Source: an uncultured Candidatus Saccharibacteria bacterium (lineage in GTDB: Bacteria; Patescibacteriota; Saccharimonadia; Saccharimonadales; CAIOMD01). Taken from it: 64,000 nt of DNA. The translations under genes were made by a program, and so were the position numbers. Location of the stretch: NCBI GenBank assembly GCA_964566135.1, contig CAZMHM010000001.1:197829-261828 (forward strand), written 5' to 3'. Position 1 is the first letter of the stretch, and every line of letters starts with the position of its first letter. Shown here piece after piece: positions 1 through 10,204 of this stretch. The notes below the pieces were generated by a model. It saw nothing but the letters and a program-made list of their open reading frames with translations. It ran no database searches and was not told the DNA's origin.

Positions 1-1275
1 CTTAGCCTGTTGCTTGGCAGCAATTGAAAGGGGGCTTTCATAACGATAGACACGATTAAGCTCTGCATCGAAAATCACGAATTTTTTGCCGCTTTGCATA
101 CCAATAAACCGAGCATTATCTGAAAATGATGCAAACTGAGGGCTCTCAAGCAGTAGCGCTAGGCGAGGCGCAATTGGCTTAGTGTTATTCGGCGTAGCTT
201 TATTGAGCGGATCACGATACAAGATTACTTTTTTATCGCTCGCCGAGGCAGTTACGTAATACCAATTATTATCGTATTTCGCGATATCAAGTAAGTAGTG
301 GTTTTCGGCATCGATGGGCAAATCCTGTAGCTTAAACGTATCTGTTTGACTCAGTACCATAACGCTCACATCATTTGCCTTAGCGCCAGCAAGCGTGGTG
401 TACAAAATAAGATTATCTGCAAACGATTTAAATGTAATCGCACCAGTAATGATGGCAGTAGGTTGCACACCATTTTTTAAATCTGCCGTTTGAATGTTAC
501 CGCTAGCTGGATCCTGCAAATAGTATTTATCAAATTTTTTATCTCGAAGCACGAGCTTGATTGGGGATGTTAGCTTAATTTTTGTCGTGATATTTTGAGT
601 TTGAGCAACATCTTCACGATCGAACGCAATATACGCTTCTTTGCCACTCGGAAGTGTCTGTTTAAGAATAAGATGCTTATTGTCATCGGCCCATTCAACC
701 GGTGTAATTGTTCCATAGGCGCCTTTTTCGTTGGCAATTTGCGCAAGTGGGATTGTCATCGAAACTGGTTCGGCGGCTGGCTTAAGCAAATCATATACAA
801 GGACAGTTGGTGCGTCCGCTTTTGGTTGCATGAGTAACCAATGTCTATCAAGACTCTGGCTTACCCAAACCGGAGGGGTAGTGTACGCCTGCGTAATACC
901 AAGCGTTATATCAACCGGAAAAAGCCGCGGGTATGACAGGTAAACAACTGAACCACCCTCAACGTTAATACTCTTAGTCCAGTCACGGTATTTATCTTTC
1001 TTAAGGACAACCTGATGTTGACCTTCGGTTAATGTTAATTTTGTATCAGTTTTACCTTTTTGCTGATTATCAATGTATATGTCGGCTGATACCGGTTTAG
1101 CCGCAAAAAATCCAAGTGCATTATGGGATACACCTTTGTTTGGGTCGTAGCCATATCCTTGTGCAAGATATACAAGTATCGTCGTTGCTAAGCCAATAAG
1201 CACGACAATTAATGCGTAGCCTACGAACAATCGAGTTGTTCGCGCACGTTTGTCTTCTGGGTTTGGAAATTCCAT
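1..1275 (-). CDS. PEGA-domain-like membrane-anchored protein (C-terminus runs off the left edge)
   Basis: Minus-strand frame is open from ATG (1275-1273) to position 1 with no stop. It is absent from the ORF track because it is truncated. My translation begins MEFPNPEDKRARTTRLFVGYALIVVLIGLATTILVYL (TM helix), then PVSADIYIDNQQKGKTDTKLTLTEGQHQVVLKKDKYRDW, which resembles a PEGA beta-sandwich. Confidence 0.6.
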   Translation of the reverse strand, partial: MEFPNPEDKRARTTRLFVGYALIVVLIGLATTILVYLAQGYGYDPNKGVSHNALGFFAAKPVSADIYIDNQQKGKTDTKLTLTEGQHQVVLKKDKYRDWTKSINVEGGSVVYLSYPRLFPVDITLGITQAYTTPPVWVSQSLDRHWLLMQPKADAPTVLVYDLLKPAAEPVSMTIPLAQIANEKGAYGTITPVEWADDNKHLILKQTLPSGKEAYIAFDREDVAQTQNITTKIKLTSPIKLVLRDKKFDKYYLQDPASGNIQTADLKNGVQPTAIITGAITFKSFADNLILYTTLAGAKANDVSVMVLSQTDTFKLQDLPIDAENHYLLDIAKYDNNWYYVTASASDKKVILYRDPLNKATPNNTKPIAPRLALLLESPQFASFSDNARFIGMQSGKKFVIFDAELNRVYRYESPLSIAAKQQAK

Positions 1276-1425
1276 AGTGTTATCTACTATTTTGTCATGC
1301 TTGGCCGTGAATTTCCACCAAGAGTCGTTTGCAGACAAAAAATACTTGCGCTCGAGGCGTAAAAAAGCGTACTATTATACGTAAGCAATAAAAGAAAGCA
1401 TTTGTAAAAAATTGGTGGCTAATCA

Positions 1426-2589
1426 GTGAAAACTGTCATTGAAATAAACGGAAGAAAATACGACGCTCGAACAGGTGAATTACTCAGTAATGCGAGTGTC
1501 GTTTCACAACCTACGCAGGCAACTTCATCGACTCCAAAACCAGCTCGTGCTACACCCGTTTCTATTGACGGGGTCAATCGCCGCAGGCAGACTCCAGCGG
1601 CTGTGCCTGTACAGAAGCCACAACCCGTAGCGCAACCCACATCGACCAAGAAGCCTTCGGCAGGCCGCTCGCTTGATATAAAGCCGAACCATCCAAAGCC
1701 ACAGCGCGCTAAAACCTTACTGCGCGCAGCTGTGAAAAAGCCACAAAAGGTAGCCCCACAGATTCACGGAACTTCAACAATGGCTGAATCAAAGGTTGAA
1801 CGTAGCGCGACCGGGAGAGGGCTGCTGCTTCGCCGTACACCTGACAGTCGACTTTCACGCGCAGCCCAAACCGCAAAAAGTATGACCATCCAGAAATTCA
1901 GTGCTGCCACGAGCCCTAAGTCGCCAAAATTAAGTAAAGATTTAGCCGTTGCAAAGGCACCGATAGACAAAAAAAGTGCCCCGGCTCACGCTCCAGCTAT
2001 TACCAAACCTGTTTTAGGAAACACGCAAAAACAAGAGGTCTTCCAGCACTCAATTGCTTCTGCATCGAGTCATAAAGCGTCAAAAGTTAAAAAAGAACGA
2101 TTACACAAGCGCATCGCTAAAAAGCTACAGGTTAGCCCGCGCGTTATTTCTATTAGCGCGGCAGTGCTGGCAGTTGTGTTTTTGGCTAGCTTCTTGGCAT
2201 ATCAGAACGTACCGTCTGTCGCCATGCGCGTAGCCGCCAATCGCGCAGGTTTTAGTGGTCATCTGCCATCTAACACACCCGCTGGTTTTGCGTTTAAGGG
2301 TCCTATCGAATATTCGAAGGATAACATCGTACTGAAGTTCCAATCTAATAGTGATACACGTAAATTTGCAATCGTACAAAAACCAACAGATTGGACAAGC
2401 GAATCATTATTAGCAAATTATGTCTTGGCGACAAAATCTCGATATCAGACATACCATGACAAAGGTTTGACAGTCTTTATTTATAACGATGGCAACGCAA
2501 CTTGGGTAGACAAAGGTGTTTGGTATAGCCTTAACGGCGAAGGCTCGCTTTCTGCCGATCAAATATTGGCAATTGCCGGCAGTATGTAG
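1426..2589 (+). CDS. membrane-anchored protein: basic Pro/Lys-rich N-terminal region, one TM, DUF4367-like C-terminal domain
   Basis: GTG start preceded by GGTGG. TM segment VISISAAVLAVVFLASFLAY. The C-terminal ATWVDKGVWYSLNGEGSLSADQILAIAGSM resembles the DUF4367 ending. Confidence 0.55.
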   Translation: MKTVIEINGRKYDARTGELLSNASVVSQPTQATSSTPKPARATPVSIDGVNRRRQTPAAVPVQKPQPVAQPTSTKKPSAGRSLDIKPNHPKPQRAKTLLRAAVKKPQKVAPQIHGTSTMAESKVERSATGRGLLLRRTPDSRLSRAAQTAKSMTIQKFSAATSPKSPKLSKDLAVAKAPIDKKSAPAHAPAITKPVLGNTQKQEVFQHSIASASSHKASKVKKERLHKRIAKKLQVSPRVISISAAVLAVVFLASFLAYQNVPSVAMRVAANRAGFSGHLPSNTPAGFAFKGPIEYSKDNIVLKFQSNSDTRKFAIVQKPTDWTSESLLANYVLATKSRYQTYHDKGLTVFIYNDGNATWVDKGVWYSLNGEGSLSADQILAIAGSM

Positions 2590-2621
2590 CTTGTAGCTAC
2601 CTCTGTTATATGACATACTAG

Positions 2622-4064
2622 TTGCTAATGGAAAAAAACGTACGAACTCGATTTGCGCCGAGCCCAACAGGTGCCTTGCACCTTGGGGCCGTCAGAACTG
2701 CTTTATTTGCATGGTTATTTGCGCGTCATACGGATGGCGACTTTATTCTACGCATAGAAGATACTGATCAAAACAGGGAAGTTGCCGGTTCGAGCGATGT
2801 TATTAAAGAAACGTTGCGGTGGCTAGGCCTCACATGGGATGAGGGTCCAGATGTCGGCGGTGATGTTGGTCCGTATATTCAAAGCGAGCGACTTGCATTT
2901 TATCGTCAATATGCCGATGAGCTACTAGCAAGCGGTAAAGCATATCGCTGTTGGTGTACCCCAGAACGACTCGATGCCTTGCGCCAAGAAGCGCAAAAGA
3001 ATAAGGTTGCCTTTAAGTATGACAGATACTGTTTGCAGAACCCCGGTGATATAAACCAACCCCATGTAGTGCGCGTTTTAATAACAGACGGTCCAGCCAT
3101 AACCTGGACAGATCTTGTTAAGGGCAATATGAGTGTTGAGCGAAAAGACGTAGACGATTTTGTCGGTTTAAAAAGCGATGGGTTCCCAACCTACCATCTT
3201 GCAAGTGTTATCGATGACCATCTGATGGCTATTAGCCATGTTATCCGTTCTGACGAGTGGCTTGCTTCGACACCAAAACACATCGCTCTGTACGAGGCTT
3301 TTGGTTGGGAACAGCCTTTTTTTGCGCATGTGCCAAATGTACTTGGCGAAGATGGTAGGGCAAAATTGTCAAAGCGCAGAGGCGCAAAAGCGGTACTTGA
3401 ATATAAAGATTTAGGGTATTTGCAAAGTGCGCTGATAAATATGATGGCGACCCTTGGCTGGAACGATGGTACCGAACAGGAGCTATATAGCGTTGATGAA
3501 CTAATTACTGCGTTTTCGCTCGAGCGAGTGCAAAAGTCTCCAGCCGCCCTCGACGAGCGACGGTTATTGTGGCTCAATGGTGCTCATATCCGAGAGCTCA
3601 GCATCGACGACCTCTTTGAGAAATCCAAGACATTTTTACCACCAACCGCCGACGATTATGACGAAGCATACCAGAAGCGAGTACTTGGCCTCGTGCAAGA
3701 ACGCTTAAAGTTTTTTGCAGAGCTGCCGGAATTAACAAGTTTCTTTTTTATAGAACCAACACCAAATAGCGAGCTTATTACATCAAACAAGCAACTCTCT
3801 AAACTTTCAACTCAAGAAATCTCAGATTTGCTTAAAGCCACACAGGCCAAGCTTCAAAACTCAGACTTTTCTGTAGAAAACCTAACTGTTTCGCTTAACG
3901 AGCTCCTTGAGGAGACAGGTCAAAAACCTGGTACGTTATTTAGCCTTATACGTGTTGCTACAACCTGGGCACCATTTAGCCCAGCACTCGCAGACTCGTT
4001 AAGCGTACTCGGAAAAGACGTGGCACTACGCCGCATCTCTGCAAGCATCGACATAGTAGCCTAA
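2622..4064 (+). CDS. gltX: glutamate--tRNA ligase
   Basis: Class I aaRS signatures: RFAPSPTGALHLGAVRTALF (HIGH-type) and KLSKRRG (KMSKS-type). Length of 480 aa is typical of GltX. Confidence 0.95.
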   Translation: MLMEKNVRTRFAPSPTGALHLGAVRTALFAWLFARHTDGDFILRIEDTDQNREVAGSSDVIKETLRWLGLTWDEGPDVGGDVGPYIQSERLAFYRQYADELLASGKAYRCWCTPERLDALRQEAQKNKVAFKYDRYCLQNPGDINQPHVVRVLITDGPAITWTDLVKGNMSVERKDVDDFVGLKSDGFPTYHLASVIDDHLMAISHVIRSDEWLASTPKHIALYEAFGWEQPFFAHVPNVLGEDGRAKLSKRRGAKAVLEYKDLGYLQSALINMMATLGWNDGTEQELYSVDELITAFSLERVQKSPAALDERRLLWLNGAHIRELSIDDLFEKSKTFLPPTADDYDEAYQKRVLGLVQERLKFFAELPELTSFFFIEPTPNSELITSNKQLSKLSTQEISDLLKATQAKLQNSDFSVENLTVSLNELLEETGQKPGTLFSLIRVATTWAPFSPALADSLSVLGKDVALRRISASIDIVA

Positions 4065-4139
4065 AGCCTAGCCAAACTACCCCTTTACGGTGTACAATAA
4101 CAACCATTAGCGTTATTCGAAAATAAACGAGAAATTTGT

Positions 4140-5387
4140 ATGGATTTTAAGCAACCACCACGGCGTAACTTTAACTCTGGGATTCCGAACAGAGCACCAC
4201 AAACCGACCCAAATCTAGCCCAAACGCCGGTAGCCGAGGAACCTGCTAAGCCAGCTGAAGTTCCTGTTAACGATGCTCCCGAGCCAGCTAATCCCGATGC
4301 TCCAAAACAAGATTTTCATATAACGCCTTCACCCGAACATCGCTCAAAGAAGAAAAAGATACTGATTATTATCGCAATTGTGCTGGCCTTACTGCTTGCA
4401 GCCGGGGCGGGGTATTGGTTCTTTTTAAAGCCAAAACCAGCCAAACAGTCAAACAACGCACCAGTGGCTGTTGTCGTCAAAAAAGAAACGCCAAAGGCTA
4501 AGCCAACGTCGCCACTGACAGGTGTCGAGCTTGCAAACGAAGATCTTTCGACCCGACCCGTAACGGGCATAATGATTGAAAACAGCCCAGAGGCTCGCCC
4601 GCAAAGTGGCCTTACGGATGCAGGGGTAGTATATGAAGCAATTGCCGAAGGCGGTATTACGCGCTTTTTAGCAGTTTTCCAGGAATCGCAAGCTAATTAT
4701 ATTGGGCCAGTCCGTAGCGCGCGCCCATATTATCTTGATTTTATCGCACCATACGATGCAGGCTATGCCCATGTTGGTGGCAGTCCTCAGGCATTAAGTG
4801 ATATCAAGACGCTTGGTATAAAAGACCTCGACCAGTTTTATAATGGTGACTATTACACACGTGTCAGCGACCGATATGCGCCTCATAATGTTTACACTGG
4901 TTTTGACAAGCTCGATAAGCTCAACAAAAACAAAGGCTACACCAGTAGTAAATTTACCGGTTTTGTTCGTAAGCCAGATGTTGCCCAGACTCCAACGGCT
5001 AAGATAATCGATCTTTCGATTTCTTCTCCGCTATACAGCCCACGCTACGAATACGACGCAAGCACCAACACCTATAAACGATTCCAGGATGGCCAAGCAC
5101 ACATCGACCAAAAGTCTAAGGTACAAATCGCACCAAAGGTTGTTATTGCGCTTGTAATGGATAAAAGCTACGACCCAGACGGTTACCACACCGACTACAA
5201 GACGGTTGGCAGTGGCAAGATGTACGTTTTTCAGGATGGTATTGTCAGCGAAGGAACATGGCAAAAATCAGACCGCAAAAGTCAGTTCGTTTTCACGGAT
5301 AAAAACGGCCTACCAATGAAACTCAATGCCGGTCAGACATGGATTTCTCTTGTTGCCAATCAAAGTGACGTAAGCTACAAGCCGTAG
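4140..5387 (+). CDS. DUF3048-domain secreted/membrane-anchored protein (YerB-like)
   Basis: N-terminal TM KKILIIIAIVLALLLAAGAGYWFFL. Core GIMIENSPEARPQSGLTDAGVVYEAIAEGGITRFLAVFQ and PVRSARPYYLDF are typical of DUF3048. Confidence 0.8.
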   Translation: MDFKQPPRRNFNSGIPNRAPQTDPNLAQTPVAEEPAKPAEVPVNDAPEPANPDAPKQDFHITPSPEHRSKKKKILIIIAIVLALLLAAGAGYWFFLKPKPAKQSNNAPVAVVVKKETPKAKPTSPLTGVELANEDLSTRPVTGIMIENSPEARPQSGLTDAGVVYEAIAEGGITRFLAVFQESQANYIGPVRSARPYYLDFIAPYDAGYAHVGGSPQALSDIKTLGIKDLDQFYNGDYYTRVSDRYAPHNVYTGFDKLDKLNKNKGYTSSKFTGFVRKPDVAQTPTAKIIDLSISSPLYSPRYEYDASTNTYKRFQDGQAHIDQKSKVQIAPKVVIALVMDKSYDPDGYHTDYKTVGSGKMYVFQDGIVSEGTWQKSDRKSQFVFTDKNGLPMKLNAGQTWISLVANQSDVSYKP

Positions 5388-5399
5388 GTCAGTAATCCT

Positions 5400-6932
5400 A
5401 TGGTGCCATTTCTTGATCCATTAAAGCAAAGCATTTGGCTACGCGTAACGATGCTCGCGCTACTATGTGGAACATTTAGTGTTGGTACTTGGATACTAGG
5501 TAACGAATTTCTACCTATTGAATCAGGTTATATCGCGCTCGCGGTTGGCGGCTTTACACTAGCAATCGCTGTTTTAGTCGGCAAACTAGTGGCCAATTAT
5601 GCAATTACGGCTACTGATTTCTTGGCACGAGCAATATTGCTCGTCACGCATGATGATAATCAGGTCGAAGCACCGAACGATGGTGCGCTTAATTCATCTA
5701 AAGCATTTTTAGTTGGGCTTGCAGAAAGTATCTACAACCTTACATCTAATACAGCAAGTGGCTCGACCGAAAGCCAGCCCGGCGAGCTCCCGTTTTATAA
5801 GACCTTAGCTAACAATGTACCGTTACCAGTTATTGTGCTTGATAAAGAACAGCGAATTACATTCGCTAACGAAATTGCGCTACATTACATTGGCCGGGAT
5901 GTCCCAGAAGTAATCAATCAACCCATCTACGATGCAATGAACTTATCGTTTGTAAGTAGTCAAACCCTTGAGGCCTGGATTGCCGAAAACGCGGAAAGTG
6001 CTGTTATTAACAGTGAGGTTTGGGAGCGCGTACGGCTAACATTGCCCGACGAAACGCGCAAGCAGTTTGATTTAGCAGCACACTACAGTAATAACGATGC
6101 TAATGGAATCGAGACGATTTTGGTGTTATTTGACCGCACCCGACAGTACGAACGCGACGATCACGATCTAACATTTGTTGCACTTGCTGTTCACGAACTC
6201 CGTACGCCACTTACCATTATGCGTGGATATGTAGAGGTATTCGAGGATGAGCTGAGCGATAACTTAAACCCAGAGCAAACAACCTTTATGCATAACATGG
6301 GTGCCAGTGCTCAACAACTAACGTCATTTGTTTCCAACATTCTTAACGTGGCACGCGTTGAAGAAAATGCATTAATGCTAAGGCTCAAAGAAGAAAAATG
6401 GAAAGAAGTGCTGCTTGGTGCCTGCAAGGATATGGAACTGCGTGCGCATGTACACAACAAAAAGCTCGTGTATGATATCGCCGACAATATGCCAACCATT
6501 GCAGTTGATAAGGTAAGTATTTACGAGGTTATAGCGAATCTTATCGATAACGCCATTAAATATACGCACACCGACGAAGAAATTATCGTTAAATCTTACG
6601 AGAAAGATGGCATGATAGAAACCACCGTAACTGATAAGGGTGTTGGAATTGCTCAGGGGCTTATTGCGCATGTGTTTGATAAGTTTTACCGTGCCCACCA
6701 AAGTAAAAATAGTGTTGGTGGCACCGGGCTTGGTTTATATCTCAGTCGGGCGATTATTACTGCGCACGGTGGTACAATTTGGGTACAAAGTAAAGAGGGT
6801 GAGGGTAGCACGTTTGGGTTTACGCTCCCCATATACGCGACGGTTGCAGATCAAATTAATAATGATGATAATGGACAAATAATACGCGGCGCACATGGTT
6901 GGATTAAAAACCATTCGCTGTACAGGGAGTAA
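5400..6932 (+). CDS. membrane sensor histidine kinase (2 TM, PAS-like, HisKA, HATPase_c)
   Basis: H-box HELRTPLTIMRGY, N-box IDNAIKYT, G-boxes DKGVGI and GGTGLGLYLSRAIITAHGGTIWVQSKEGEGSTFGFTLP. Confidence 0.9.
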   Translation: MVPFLDPLKQSIWLRVTMLALLCGTFSVGTWILGNEFLPIESGYIALAVGGFTLAIAVLVGKLVANYAITATDFLARAILLVTHDDNQVEAPNDGALNSSKAFLVGLAESIYNLTSNTASGSTESQPGELPFYKTLANNVPLPVIVLDKEQRITFANEIALHYIGRDVPEVINQPIYDAMNLSFVSSQTLEAWIAENAESAVINSEVWERVRLTLPDETRKQFDLAAHYSNNDANGIETILVLFDRTRQYERDDHDLTFVALAVHELRTPLTIMRGYVEVFEDELSDNLNPEQTTFMHNMGASAQQLTSFVSNILNVARVEENALMLRLKEEKWKEVLLGACKDMELRAHVHNKKLVYDIADNMPTIAVDKVSIYEVIANLIDNAIKYTHTDEEIIVKSYEKDGMIETTVTDKGVGIAQGLIAHVFDKFYRAHQSKNSVGGTGLGLYLSRAIITAHGGTIWVQSKEGEGSTFGFTLPIYATVADQINNDDNGQIIRGAHGWIKNHSLYRE

Positions 6933-6934
6933 CT

Positions 6935-7351
6935 ATGGACGTACAACCAAGCAATGGCCTAAAAGTGTTGTGTATCGAAGATGAGCATTTTATTAGCGAA
7001 CTCTACGCTCGTGCTCTTAGGCGAGCAGGGTACGATGTCACCACAATGCTTAGCGGCGAGGACGGACTTCGCGCTGCAGAAACAAACCAATATGACATTA
7101 TTTTATTGGATTTGATGATTCCGGGCATCACAGGTTTCGAAGTACTGCGAAAATTACGCGAAGACACACCAGATTTGAAAGCAAAGGTAATTATTACGAC
7201 CAACCTCGACCAAGAAGACGATTCTCGTGCAGAAATCGAAACCAAGGCCGATGGATACCTTATTAAAGCTGAGTTTACACCCCGACAACTTGTACAGATT
7301 ATTAACGATATTGCCGCCGGCAAAGAACCAAGTGATAATTACCTAGAGTAA
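6935..7351 (+). CDS. single-domain (CheY-like) response regulator
   Basis: Receiver motifs VLCIEDE, IILLDLMIPGITGFEVLRKLR, and K in ADGYLIK. No output domain. Starts 3 nt after the kinase stop. Confidence 0.9.
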   Translation: MDVQPSNGLKVLCIEDEHFISELYARALRRAGYDVTTMLSGEDGLRAAETNQYDIILLDLMIPGITGFEVLRKLREDTPDLKAKVIITTNLDQEDDSRAEIETKADGYLIKAEFTPRQLVQIINDIAAGKEPSDNYLE

Positions 7352-7360
7352 CCACCCCTG

Positions 7361-8377
7361 ATGACCCGCAAAAAAGTTCGTGACACACAAACATTTCAAT
7401 ACGTAGAAGCCCATTCGGCTTTGCTACTGACGTCGCTTGGTATTTTATTTGTGTTATACGTCTTTGTGCCCCAGCTTGGAAGTCTAAAAGAAGGTATTGC
7501 CGCTATGAAAAGTGCCGACCCATGGTACGTTTGCGCAGCGATATTTGTATTTTGCCTTGGCTTCCCAATATTAGCCCTAAAATACGTCAAAATAAGCCAG
7601 CGGCAATTGCTATATTGGCTAACGCTTAAGGTGCAATTCGCCGGGGCTTTTGTTTCAAAACTGTTACCGCAAAGTATTGGGTCGCTAACAGTTAATACGT
7701 ACTATCTGACTGCAGCAGGCCACACAGTAGCACAAAGTGCATCAGTCATGGCGCTTAACGCTCTGACGAGTAGCATAGGCTTTGGCTTGATAGTTATAAC
7801 AGCAATCCTGCTAGGGGGCGACTCGATGCTTGGTAGCTTGCAGCACAAAGACCGCAATAGCCTAGCAATTATTGGTATTATTGTGGCCATCAGCCTTGGG
7901 CTCTGGTTTGTCGTACATATGAAATTCTTTAAGCAAAAAGTTGTTGGTTTTATGCGTAGCCTGTGGGATAACTTTAAAACCTACAAGGAACAACCCAAAA
8001 AAGTAATTTGGGGCATCGTAACCAATGGCGCAGGTTCAATGACAGGCATTACAGCCCTATATCTATGTGGCCACGCGGTAGGCATCCCGATAACAATGCC
8101 ACAGGTAGTAATGTCGTACGCTTTTGGCAGTATTATGGGCAATCTCGTGCCAACCCCGGGTGGTTTAGGTGGTGCAGAAGCAGGCTTGTATGCAGGATTT
8201 GTACTTGCCGGTTACGACGAGAGCGCCAGCTTTGCAGCTGTCATGATTTATCGCATGATTACCTATTGGATGCCGATTATCCCTGGATATTTATTCTTTA
8301 GAAACTTACGTAAAACTACCTTTTCGGGTTTTCGCATTAGAAGTTCTAAGCCTGTAGGAAAAGGTAGCACCGCATGA
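7361..8377 (+). CDS. flippase-like / lysylphosphatidylglycerol-synthase TM-region family membrane protein (UPF0104)
   Basis: Polytopic membrane protein with VPTPGGLGGAEAGLYAGFVLAGY, typical of the LPG_synthase_TM family. Confidence 0.7.
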   Translation: MTRKKVRDTQTFQYVEAHSALLLTSLGILFVLYVFVPQLGSLKEGIAAMKSADPWYVCAAIFVFCLGFPILALKYVKISQRQLLYWLTLKVQFAGAFVSKLLPQSIGSLTVNTYYLTAAGHTVAQSASVMALNALTSSIGFGLIVITAILLGGDSMLGSLQHKDRNSLAIIGIIVAISLGLWFVVHMKFFKQKVVGFMRSLWDNFKTYKEQPKKVIWGIVTNGAGSMTGITALYLCGHAVGIPITMPQVVMSYAFGSIMGNLVPTPGGLGGAEAGLYAGFVLAGYDESASFAAVMIYRMITYWMPIIPGYLFFRNLRKTTFSGFRIRSSKPVGKGSTA

Positions 8378-9405
8378 ATATTTTCCACGCACATTCGCCG
8401 TACCGAATTTTTGGATTTTCGACCATTGCAACGCTTGCAATCCTACTGGCGGTGTTTTTTGGTCTTGGCACAGCAGCGCTGGTCACAACGCTTATTTTGC
8501 TAGTGATAGAAGTAACATTTAGCTTTGAAAACGCCATAATCAACGCCAAAATCCTCACAACCATGAGTAAGTTTTGGCAAACTATGTTTTTGACCGTAGG
8601 CATCGTAATTGCTATTTTTGGTATGCGGATTATCTTTCCAATTGCGATTGTCGCCATATCCACAGGCTTACCATGGCGCACAATCCTTGACTTGGCACTC
8701 AATAACCCCGATGCCTATGCAGCAAAACTTGCCGAAGCCCATCCAAGCATCGCTGCATTTGGCAGTGCGTTCTTGTTTATGCTAGCGTTTAGCTTCTTTT
8801 TTGATAGTGATCGCAAAGTTCATTGGCTCAAGAGACCAGAGCTTTTTATGCAACGCCTTAATTCGCGTTGGCTGCCCGCAGTGTTGACCGCAGGGATTAT
8901 TGGTTTAGCCGCAGTCCTAAGCGAACACACCTCACAAATGCTTACAGCTGGCGCAGTTGGTATCGTTACCTACATAGCTATCCATGGGCTTGCTGACGTT
9001 TTTGAGAAACTCCAATCATCACCTACAAAGAAGAAGACCGCTCATAAAGTCGGTATTGCCGCATTTATTAGCTTTATGTACCTTGAGCTACTCGATGCAA
9101 GCTTTAGCCTCGATGGTGTTATTGGGGCATTTGCGATTACCGATCAAGTTTTGCTGATAGCCGCTGGCCTTGGCGCAGGCGCACTCTGGGTACGATCAAT
9201 GACGGTATACATGGTACGCAAAGGGACATTGCAAAGCTACCAGTATATCGAACATGGAGCACACTATACTGTGCTGATATTAGCATGTGTCATGGTTTTA
9301 TCCGACACAATTCATGTTCCTGCCGCCACAACCGGCATCAGTGGGGTTATTATTATCATATTATCAATCCTAAGCTCAAAGTCAGCAGGCAAACTACACA
9401 AATGA
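8374..9405 (+). CDS. DUF475 (TerC-related) integral membrane protein
   Basis: ATGA start/stop overlap with the upstream gene. FSFENAIINAKIL and SLDGVIGAFAITDQVLLIAAGLGAGALWVRSMT match the DUF475 repeat pattern. Confidence 0.7.
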   Translation: MNIFHAHSPYRIFGFSTIATLAILLAVFFGLGTAALVTTLILLVIEVTFSFENAIINAKILTTMSKFWQTMFLTVGIVIAIFGMRIIFPIAIVAISTGLPWRTILDLALNNPDAYAAKLAEAHPSIAAFGSAFLFMLAFSFFFDSDRKVHWLKRPELFMQRLNSRWLPAVLTAGIIGLAAVLSEHTSQMLTAGAVGIVTYIAIHGLADVFEKLQSSPTKKKTAHKVGIAAFISFMYLELLDASFSLDGVIGAFAITDQVLLIAAGLGAGALWVRSMTVYMVRKGTLQSYQYIEHGAHYTVLILACVMVLSDTIHVPAATTGISGVIIIILSILSSKSAGKLHK

Positions 9406-9527
9406 ACAAGAAGCCAACCGACGAACAGTTCGAAGCCATTAATCGTAAACTCATGATGGCAATCGTGACCCTTACTAGCACATTCATTTTTGTTGCGATT
9501 AGCTTATATTTTTTGATTGGTCGATAG
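9402..9527 (+). CDS. 41-aa single-TM mini-protein (tentative)
   Basis: ATG at 9402 overlaps the TGA of the upstream gene (ATGA coupling). Translation: MNKKPTDEQFEAINRKLMMAIVTLTSTFIFVAISLYFLIGR. Confidence 0.35.
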   Translation: MNKKPTDEQFEAINRKLMMAIVTLTSTFIFVAISLYFLIGR

Positions 9528-9853
9528 CCACAGCCTTGTTGTATTTAAAGCACTAGCAATATTAGATTTTGGGCGTACAATTGAGCGTAGTCATGTGAGT
9601 ACTGGTGCTATCGCGTCTTTTCACTTACAGGCTTTTACAAAAGAAGCACTCTTTTATACAGGTGAAGTATACAAACCAGCCCGAGCGGCCAGGCGTCACT
9701 GCAATCACCAATTCAAGCAAGCTATTTGGCTTAACGATAGTAGTTAGAATACGGCTAACTAACATCGGTCAGATAACTCCATACATCATCCGTTATAGAC
9801 AAACGAACTCTCGTAGGTCTTTTTTCTCTTTTAACTAACCTGGAGCTTGAATC

Positions 9854-10117
9854 ATGGCAAAGTGCGAACAAATCGATAAAGAAGTAAATGTAACTGCAGT
9901 TTATTTTGGTGGAAGTAAGCAAGCCCTCAAAACATTTCCTCGCCGCATTGAATGTGATGATACAACATATACATTTAGCGAGGGCTTACAGCTCGTCATT
10001 CAAAAGGGTCAAGATCTGATTAAGATTTTTGATATGACCGACGGGCAAGCACATTACCGCTTGCGTAACGACGTAACGGCACGTAGCTGGCGGCTTATGA
10101 GCATTACACAGAATTAG
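9854..10117 (+). CDS. hypothetical 87-aa protein
   Basis: ATG preceded by GGAG. No recognisable motif. Non-repetitive, soluble-looking sequence. Confidence 0.4.
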   Translation: MAKCEQIDKEVNVTAVYFGGSKQALKTFPRRIECDDTTYTFSEGLQLVIQKGQDLIKIFDMTDGQAHYRLRNDVTARSWRLMSITQN

Positions 10118-10204
10118 GTATCTGGTTTACGGCGAGACTCATACGTGTATGTATTGCTCCAAGTTCTATTTACAGGTTTTGTACGAAAGAGCATACTTGT
10201 TAGT

